DNA of 64,000 bases. Origin: an uncultured Pseudomonadales bacterium. GTDB taxonomy: Bacteria; Patescibacteriota; Microgenomatia; UBA1400; PJMF01. Both the position numbers and the translations under genes were made by a program. Numbering within the stretch: position 1 is the first letter of the stretch; each line of letters starts with the position of its first letter. The notes under the pieces are model-generated. The model ran no database searches. It saw only the letters and a list, made by a program, of their open reading frames with translations, and was not told the origin of the DNA. Shown here piece after piece: positions 56,920 through 64,000 of this stretch. Where the stretch lies: assembly GCA_964556485.1 (NCBI GenBank), contig CAZKVV010000004.1, positions 57,618-121,617 on the forward strand, in the 5' to 3' direction.

Positions 56920-59235
56920 TTATTGGCCCTGCCTAAGTCTTTGACCTATTCTTCTCAAAATTGGCGTCATCACTCTCCTGGTTTCTATCGTCAGTTGACC
57001 CATGTTTTCGGGAATTATTACTCTATCTTCCCCAAAATATGTGTCTAAGCCAGCTTTTATTCGTTGCTTTTCATCCCGACTATTGGATAGACCAAAAGCG
57101 AAAAGCTCAAATACCTTTTTGATCTCGTCGATTTTTTCTACTAACGGTTGGCCGGTCAAACCACTGTTTGGTTCACCGTCTGTAAGAAACATAATAACAC
57201 CCTGTGAACCAGGAAATCTACGTCTTGAAGCGAGCAATTGTTCGTAGGCACTCACTACACCAGCTTCGTAGTTGGTACTACCATGCAATGATTTCGTTTG
57301 AGCAATGAGTTTGGCCTTAATTCGTTGTTCAGGAGAGGAGAATGGTTGATTAGGGTTTTTAAGCACTGATGAATTAGAACCCATAGTAATGATTCCAGAT
57401 GGAATGTTGTACTTCTCACACAACATCATCCACAAAATAAGATCTTTTAAAGATTCGTCTAACTTAGCGCCATGCATGCTGCCCGTAATATCGATAACAA
57501 ACCAAATGAATGTTTCAATTTTTTGCGATAATTCAATATCCTTTCTTGTATTAAAGCGACTGTCTCCAACGGGGAATTTACGAGCTGCCTGACGAGCGTC
57601 AGGTCTACCCGAATAGAAATAACCTTGCTGAGTCATGATCCACTCACGAGGGAATGCTTTCATCACTTGCTGATCCATCGATCTGAAATCAGCCATCATT
57701 TCGCGTTCCAACTCCTTGTATCGATCGTAGTTACCCTCTTCATCTTCTCTAAAACCAGCCTCTCTCATTTCGCGAAGTTTTCGTTCTTTTTGCTCGCGAG
57801 CTTTTTGTTTGGCTTCCTGTTTTTGTTGCTCAGCTTGTTGTTGTTGTATGTCGTGTTGTTCACGCTGTTGCTCTTCTTTCTCAAACTCTTCCAATTCCTT
57901 CTGGGCTTTTTCCACTTCTTTTTGATCAGCTGTTTGAATCTTTGGCTTGAATTCACCAGTTTCTTCATCTTGCTCCATCTGTATCATCTGTGGTGCTTCT
58001 TTATTAAGCTTTTCACTTTGTTTTTGATCGGTTTGTTTGCGAGCATCTTCTTCAAGTTTTTCTAATGCTTGAGGATTAAGATTTTTCAAAAAAAACTCCA
58101 GTTGCTCGCGTGTTTCAGTAGAGAGTTCATTCAAATCCATCTCACACTCACTTGTTTCTGGATTTTCTCCTTGGCTTCCCGGTCGTTGCTCATCAGGTTG
58201 AGCGCTAGATTGCCCCTCTGACTGTTGAGAACTTTGCAAGCCGCTTTGTCGTCCGGATTGTGATTGTTTAGATTGGCTAGAGCTTTGGCTTCCTTGCTGC
58301 ATTTCCTGTTTGATCTTTTGTTTCAAATCTTCAGGAAGTTGAGGTTGTCCGCTGCCACCCCGTCCATCTTGACCCTCATTGCCTTGCCGACCCTCCATGG
58401 CTTGTTGAGCCATATTCCTTTTTACTTGATCCTCAACTTCTTCCTTCTCGAGGTCTCTTACTTGCGGCCAAATCTCTTCAGAAAATGTGTGGAAATTTTC
58501 CAGTGCAGACTTACTGGCGTAAAAACGATCAAGTGCTGGTCGCACTTTATCCATAACTGCTTGTACTCGCTCGTCTATACTAGGCAAGTCTTGGCCTGTT
58601 AACCAGTAATTGATAGCGTTAACACCAAACTGACGTGGTAGGGGATCATGAGGAATCTGGGTGGCAATTTCCTTAAGTTTACGCAAGTACCCACGTTTTA
58701 GATCTTCAAGCGCCGCTTGGGATTCTCCGGCAGACATGGCGTTAACCCAACCATCTTCGGGACCATTAAGCAGCGATCCATAGGTCGATGGTAGGAATCC
58801 TTGTTCCTTAGCCAATCTCATCCCTTGAAAAAAGAATTTGAAATCTGAGTGAGCAGCGTGGGCAGCCTCGTGTCTTGTTTTCCTGGTAATTTCTATCTCA
58901 GGATCACGGTATAAATCGTTCTTTCTAAAAGTGATGAGATTGGGAACTAAAGCCTGAGGAGGCAGGTGATCTAGATTGTCAATTTTACCACAAATATATG
59001 CATCAACAGCTTGAGCGTATTCTGGGTCAATACCACAAGTCCATGGTCCTTCGCCATCTAGTGCCGCAATCTTAAGGTCATAACGACCACTGAAAACCCT
59101 TGAAAGCCATGAAATCTGTTTCATTACCCTTCGAATTTCTTCCGGCGATCGCCTTTCATCATCTAATAGTTTGTTTTCAGATATAGATGAAGGGCTAATA
59201 GCCTCACCCGGCATACGGGAGATTTTTTCAGACAT
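56920..59235 (-). CDS. VWA (MIDAS) domain protein, CobT/NorD/CbbO-like, with HExxH N-domain and Q/E-rich linker
   Basis: RHEAAH...EDGWVN; DITGSM, GSTNY, FLTDGEP. Confidence 0.88.
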   Translation of the reverse strand: MSEKISRMPGEAISPSSISENKLLDDERRSPEEIRRVMKQISWLSRVFSGRYDLKIAALDGEGPWTCGIDPEYAQAVDAYICGKIDNLDHLPPQALVPNLITFRKNDLYRDPEIEITRKTRHEAAHAAHSDFKFFFQGMRLAKEQGFLPSTYGSLLNGPEDGWVNAMSAGESQAALEDLKRGYLRKLKEIATQIPHDPLPRQFGVNAINYWLTGQDLPSIDERVQAVMDKVRPALDRFYASKSALENFHTFSEEIWPQVRDLEKEEVEDQVKRNMAQQAMEGRQGNEGQDGRGGSGQPQLPEDLKQKIKQEMQQGSQSSSQSKQSQSGRQSGLQSSQQSEGQSSAQPDEQRPGSQGENPETSECEMDLNELSTETREQLEFFLKNLNPQALEKLEEDARKQTDQKQSEKLNKEAPQMIQMEQDEETGEFKPKIQTADQKEVEKAQKELEEFEKEEQQREQHDIQQQQAEQQKQEAKQKAREQKERKLREMREAGFREDEEGNYDRYKELEREMMADFRSMDQQVMKAFPREWIMTQQGYFYSGRPDARQAARKFPVGDSRFNTRKDIELSQKIETFIWFVIDITGSMHGAKLDESLKDLILWMMLCEKYNIPSGIITMGSNSSVLKNPNQPFSSPEQRIKAKLIAQTKSLHGSTNYEAGVVSAYEQLLASRRRFPGSQGVIMFLTDGEPNSGLTGQPLVEKIDEIKKVFELFAFGLSNSRDEKQRIKAGLDTYFGEDRVIIPENMGQLTIETRRVMTPILRRIGQRLRQGQ

Positions 59236-59462
59236 GTTTTTATAGTATCAAAGTATGGGTGAAACTTACACGAATAGATCAAACGCGATTTTTTTAATAA
59301 GCCCATTACAGGTCTGTTAAATTGAAAATGTTTAAAATGAGGAAATTTAGCAAGCCCTGCCAACCCATTTGGCGGTATTAGACGGGTCTGTTAGAACTTT
59401 TCAACTGTTGCGGAGCACCCGGGTCTGGAACCTTTTTATCCTAATACTGAACTATGTAAGCT

Positions 59463-59657
59463 CTAGTCGTTTTCCAGCCATGGACCCTCTTTAATGATGT
59501 TCCTAAGAATTTTCATTTGTTGAACTGATAGTTTTAGTAACTCACCTAAATCTTTTTTGAAATCTTCATTAATAGCTATTTCTTGAAGAGATTCATATTT
59601 TTGAGCCAATCTAGATTCAGCTGCTAATGCTTCAGCGATGTCTGCAATGTTTGCCAT
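59463..59657 (-). CDS. Small ferritin/rubrerythrin-like two-helix protein (64 aa)
   Basis: AAGGAG SD; ALAAE..AQKYE.L pattern. Confidence 0.55.
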   Translation of the reverse strand: MANIADIAEALAAESRLAQKYESLQEIAINEDFKKDLGELLKLSVQQMKILRNIIKEGPWLEND

Positions 59658-59862
59658 AACAAGCTCCTTTCATATGTTAATCTAATTATAGATCACTGTA
59701 GTTTGGATCATCGGATGCGGAGACTAAGGAACTCTGTTAGAACCTGGTTTAAGTCCTCAGATCTAGACGGATTTTACATATACTCGCCATCCTTTGCATA
59801 GATTCAAGTTTATTTTAACTGGTTAGTCTTAATATTGGACACTTCGCACACGGGTTTGTGGA

Positions 59863-62800
59863 CTAAATCAGATAAAATGTGTGTACTGTCTTGGAACTTG
59901 AAATCTGGAATGAATGACTGATTCTTGCTTCAGGTTTATAAAATCTTAAGGCTAAATACTTATCAACTCCCTCGCCAACTCGATTTGTTAATGGATGCCA
60001 ACTGTCTTGTTCAGGAATCATCACCTGAGAGATTCCATTGTCTGCTGCGATCTGCATAACCATATCAACCATCTGATCGCATAAAACTGCAGTATTTGTC
60101 GAAGAAATAATACTAGAAGATGGATTGAAGCCTCTGAAAATCAAAGTTGGTTGATTATCAACGGTTGTTTGATATCCTTGAATATTCCCTACAACAATAC
60201 CTTGATTATTGACTAAATTAACATGAAAATGATCTGGTCGGTGATATAACTCTATATCATGAGCCGTACACACTCCTGCAGTAGTCTTCGCAAAATATGA
60301 GGCTGCGTTTTTTGTAACATATCCAGTTAATATTAAGGTTGGGTCAACCTCTTGCCCCGCTTTATCTCTAAGTACAACTTTTCCTAATTCTGTTTCTACA
60401 CGCTTCCTCAGTCCTTTTGATCCAGAAAACATTGTTCTTTCAGTCATGAATGCTAAAAGTTTGGCTAAGTGCTGGCGTTTTTCAACAACGGACTTATTTT
60501 CGCGTAAACCAGAAATAATTGATGCAAAAGAGGCTTTTTCCTCTTCTCTCATTATCCTTGATCCACCAATATTTTTCTCCAAAGTTGCAAGTTTTTTCTC
60601 AGTCAACATACTGAGCAAACGGTCAGACACCATTGGATTTTCATCTAAAAACTTTGCGACTGCTTCACCTGCATTATCTTTATAATAAACCCCAAATAGT
60701 TCTTTAGCTTTTGATAAAAGGTTATTTTTATCAGCAACTTGAGAAGTGTCTCCAGTCATTTTTTCTGTATATTGATCAATTTTATCTCCGAGCGATACAC
60801 GCAAGCATGCAATCACTTCTTGTAGAGAGGATGTAAATAAATCCTCAGTTTTGGTTGCACCTGCCTCGGTTAATAATCGAGTCCAGCCTTTTAAAGCCAT
60901 CGCAGTATCACCACCAGAGGCAATGTAATCAGACGTTTGTTCGTTTCTAAATATGACTTTAACTAAATTAACAACTCCTTCGTCAACTGGTTTGTCCGCA
61001 CTTCTTAATTCAGCTACTTTTTCTTTTGAAGCAATGCTTCCTCGATATCCACTCTCTCGAAAATGCATTCCACTAATATCATCACAATGATCACCAACTC
61101 TAGCTAGCTCTAACCTAACAGAATTAACATCTGTACTTGGAAATGTTAAGCAAATCATTTCAGCCATGAAGTCTATGCCACTACTTCCACTCGTTAAATC
61201 CATAAGTGGCACATTCCTATGAACATTTTTACGGAATGCTTTTACCCTATCCCTGTGATTTTCCCTAGAAAGCTCATCTGCTTCTAATATGTAACCCCTA
61301 ACTAATGATGGTGTGATATTTCTAAACTCTTCCATTGCTTCCAAAAGACGCTCTGTGTATAAGGGGTTAGTCATGATTCTAGCAACATCTTCGCCTGAAA
61401 TTGTCTGAAACGTTGTTACACAGCTATTAAAACTAGTGGGTTTGGTGTTTAGCATCCTTTTAAAGAATCTGGCGTACCCATCTTGTTCTAGGTTAGCTTG
61501 TAACCAATCTAATGACGACTTCGTTGTATAAAAAACATTTTGACTATTCAAGCCAATTGTCGCCCCCAATTGATGTAAGTAAGCTGGCCGAACTTGAGAC
61601 AAAATTTGATTGGTTTGAGGATTTTGTACTAAACTCCTAAATCGGTCGAAATCTGTTAATTTCCAGCCTGCGGACATCATGTGAGCCGACAAAACTCCGT
61701 TTTGCTCCCAATATGAGGCTCTATCTGGAATTAAAGCATCATATTTAGGATCGTTTGATTGGTCATGAAATCTTGCCAATGTTTGGATATATTCGACTGA
61801 TAATTCAAACCCATACGCAACTGCAAATGGCGCTATAAATGAATTACTCAGATTCCCGTTTTCAGCTAAGTCTTGTGATAGTGCATCATACACGTCATTA
61901 AAATGACGCGCACACATGTCTTTATCATTTTGTATTCCAATTATTAAACTTGCTCTAATTTCGCGTTTTTCAGCATTGTTGAATGTGGAAGCATCAAGAT
62001 TGTAGTCGGCGAGAAAACTTTGTGGCTGTTCTTTGGCAATTAGTCCCACTAAAGCAGATGTGGCTTTATGATCATCGACAAGAGTATTAAATATTTCTTT
62101 TTTGCCTATTAGTACTTTTTTAAGATATCCTTTCGCTCCCTTCCAATATCTCCAGTATTTCTGTGTTTCTTCTGGCATTTGTTCTAATGCCTGCTCAGTG
62201 ACCAAAGAGGCAAGAGTGTCTAACTCAACAGTCTGGCTTGTGGACAATTCTGTCAATAAATGTTCAGACGCCGATCCATTTACGACATACGTATTAATTT
62301 CTTCTCTTCTTTCTAGTATGAATCCATGCAACTCGTCCTCGTCATGTTGTCGCCAAAAATCCCAAAAGACCTTTCCTTCAGCCGTCATTCCTGCCAACGC
62401 TTCGTCGGAAATTAATGATGTAATTAATCTGTCGCCGACCCGCAATCTGTCTGATACTAAATTCTCTAATAATAGCTCCGTCGCCACACCATTAACAACC
62501 AATAAATCAAAATTCGATCTTTGCTTGATTAGATAATCATGCAAAACGTCAGCATCATGTTTCTTCCAGAAGCCCCAAAATTTTTCCCCTTCATCGCCCA
62601 TGGATTCCAAAGCGTCCTTTGTGATCATCCATGTCGCTTCTCTGAATATATTTTCTTTATTTCTATTACGAATAGTGTCACGACCAGATGATTCGTCTGC
62701 ACCTGAAATTAATTCATCGAGCCATTTTTGGGTTGGCACACCTTTTTCATTGACATAAGAGTCTATGTTGAAATCAGCTTCTCCCCGATGCCTAGTTAAT

Positions 62801-64000
62801 AATTCTATATAAGCATTAATCCCCGATGTTTTTGCTTTATTTCGACCATAATGTAGCTGAGGATTTGCATAAGAATCTGCCTGATGGTCAATGAGTAAAA
62901 ATAGCCTTTGACCGTAACTCTCATTACTGGCTAACTCGCATAAAAACCCCAAGGAAACTTTTCGATTGCCTCGGTTGTCTTCCATTTGAACACTAAATTC
63001 GGCGTCTTGATTTAGTTGATGAGCAAATTGCCACACGCATTGTCTACCAGTATCTTTGAGTCCAAAATACTCTCTAAGATCATTTGCCGATATTACGTTT
63101 TGACAATATAAACTTGGGATTTCAACTCCAACTCGTTTCAGTTCTGAAACCAATCTTTGCCTATCATCGTCGTTAACACCTGATAAAGTTTTAAATATTT
63201 CAACCGTCTGGCTGTTAAACGTTGCAAGAGGATTATTTAGTTCTTCCCTCAGTCTCAATATTTCATCATTAGGAATGGTTGCGAGTATTTTTAGTGTTAA
63301 TAAATCAGAGTTTGAGCGCACACAAAAACCGTCTGATGTTAATAATTTTTGTCTTTGAGCAATTATCTCGCGCTTTTTATATATACTAAGCCATTCATCT
63401 GGATTACGAAGAATAGTATCCCACTGTTCGCCTTGATTATTATTGTTTTGAAGTACGATACTAACAAACGCTCTATCTAGTCCCATCTGTCTTACTTCTG
63501 GTCTCAATAGTGTTTGTACTCTACCTTTCATTTCTTCAATAGTTATTTTTTCCTGGCCTATAACAGTTATCACATTCAACTTTGATGATTTTAAGTCATC
63601 AGATATCTCAGACAATGGTTTGAACACTTCCCGTACTTCTTCCAAAGAGAAATCCTTTAAAGAATCACCAATATCCTGCCATAAGTAATATCTGCTTAGC
63701 GCCCCATCTCCGCCGTCTTGATCCCTCGTCAAAGTTGTGCCTGTTAATTGCGTTATTAATAAAGATTTTTCTAATCTATCTGGATCAGATTTCCTAACAT
63801 AGTCTTTAAAATCGTATCCATCCGCACTCAAAGGCATTTTCCGACCGTATTTAGCTAGAACTCTAGCATTTTGTCTTAATGAGTCGTTTGCGCAAACAGC
63901 TTTAAAGCTAGCTTGATGATTTTCTACAAAAACTTTCGGGTTTGCGGAATCTGTAGTGCTGCGATCATTAAAATGAAATCCCCAACTTACATCAAACCCG
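59863..64000 (-). CDS. Very large hypothetical protein (>1370 aa, 5' end outside window) with three internal repeats and a possible GNAT-like C-terminal domain
   Basis: Frame stays open from 63837 to the window edge; FWxFW repeats; GVCTA...HFHVNL...VVGNIQ...FRGFNP. Confidence 0.8.
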   Translation of the reverse strand, partial: GFDVSWGFHFNDRSTTDSANPKVFVENHQASFKAVCANDSLRQNARVLAKYGRKMPLSADGYDFKDYVRKSDPDRLEKSLLITQLTGTTLTRDQDGGDGALSRYYLWQDIGDSLKDFSLEEVREVFKPLSEISDDLKSSKLNVITVIGQEKITIEEMKGRVQTLLRPEVRQMGLDRAFVSIVLQNNNNQGEQWDTILRNPDEWLSIYKKREIIAQRQKLLTSDGFCVRSNSDLLTLKILATIPNDEILRLREELNNPLATFNSQTVEIFKTLSGVNDDDRQRLVSELKRVGVEIPSLYCQNVISANDLREYFGLKDTGRQCVWQFAHQLNQDAEFSVQMEDNRGNRKVSLGFLCELASNESYGQRLFLLIDHQADSYANPQLHYGRNKAKTSGINAYIELLTRHRGEADFNIDSYVNEKGVPTQKWLDELISGADESSGRDTIRNRNKENIFREATWMITKDALESMGDEGEKFWGFWKKHDADVLHDYLIKQRSNFDLLVVNGVATELLLENLVSDRLRVGDRLITSLISDEALAGMTAEGKVFWDFWRQHDEDELHGFILERREEINTYVVNGSASEHLLTELSTSQTVELDTLASLVTEQALEQMPEETQKYWRYWKGAKGYLKKVLIGKKEIFNTLVDDHKATSALVGLIAKEQPQSFLADYNLDASTFNNAEKREIRASLIIGIQNDKDMCARHFNDVYDALSQDLAENGNLSNSFIAPFAVAYGFELSVEYIQTLARFHDQSNDPKYDALIPDRASYWEQNGVLSAHMMSAGWKLTDFDRFRSLVQNPQTNQILSQVRPAYLHQLGATIGLNSQNVFYTTKSSLDWLQANLEQDGYARFFKRMLNTKPTSFNSCVTTFQTISGEDVARIMTNPLYTERLLEAMEEFRNITPSLVRGYILEADELSRENHRDRVKAFRKNVHRNVPLMDLTSGSSGIDFMAEMICLTFPSTDVNSVRLELARVGDHCDDISGMHFRESGYRGSIASKEKVAELRSADKPVDEGVVNLVKVIFRNEQTSDYIASGGDTAMALKGWTRLLTEAGATKTEDLFTSSLQEVIACLRVSLGDKIDQYTEKMTGDTSQVADKNNLLSKAKELFGVYYKDNAGEAVAKFLDENPMVSDRLLSMLTEKKLATLEKNIGGSRIMREEEKASFASIISGLRENKSVVEKRQHLAKLLAFMTERTMFSGSKGLRKRVETELGKVVLRDKAGQEVDPTLILTGYVTKNAASYFAKTTAGVCTAHDIELYHRPDHFHVNLVNNQGIVVGNIQGYQTTVDNQPTLIFRGFNPSSSIISSTNTAVLCDQMVDMVMQIAADNGISQVMIPEQDSWHPLTNRVGEGVDKYLALRFYKPEARISHSFQISSSKTVHTFYLI

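Noticed and set aside
57625-58602. Plus-strand Phe/Leu-rich ORFs resembling membrane proteins
   Set aside because: Antisense shadows of the E/K/Q-rich linker of the VWA gene
1-64000. Prophage, IS transposase, DGR/retron or recoded genetic code
   Set aside because: No capsid, terminase, integrase, transposase or reverse-transcriptase motifs seen; TGA acts as a normal stop and genes are intact under code 11

Overview
About 64 kb of low-GC bacterial chromosome (genetic code 11). Gene content and style point to a Patescibacteria/CPR (Microgenomates-like) genome; this is inference from the many GT-C and GT4/GT2 glycosyltransferases, ComF, RRM protein, orphan enzymes, and -10 boxes directly abutting start codons. 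The window holds four tRNAs (Val-CAC, Ser-TGA, Arg-GCG, Ser-CGA), housekeeping and stress genes (dus, greA, znuACB, malic enzyme, maf, hsp20-htrA with a CIRCE-like site, a Clp-type ATPase), surface-glycan genes and an ApbE/FMN-lipoprotein pair. No CRISPR array, rRNA, transposase, integrase or reverse transcriptase was seen. Three structures stand out. (1) Three tandem self-contained cassettes next to tRNA-Val (promoter, boxA-like motif, long hairpin leader, SD, small membrane protein, shared terminator) whose non-coding DNA is better conserved than the proteins; a similar leader design recurs at 37.7 kb. (2) A GCAAC-N3-GTTGC palindrome overlapping three sigma70 promoters (znuACB, a His/Cys protein plus a large Lys-rich orphan, and an atypical Clp ATPase), a candidate zinc regulon. 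(3) A co-oriented run of HExxH-VWA protein, 1208-aa propeller/coiled-coil AAA+ ATPase, small peptide, radical SAM protein and ABC exporter.
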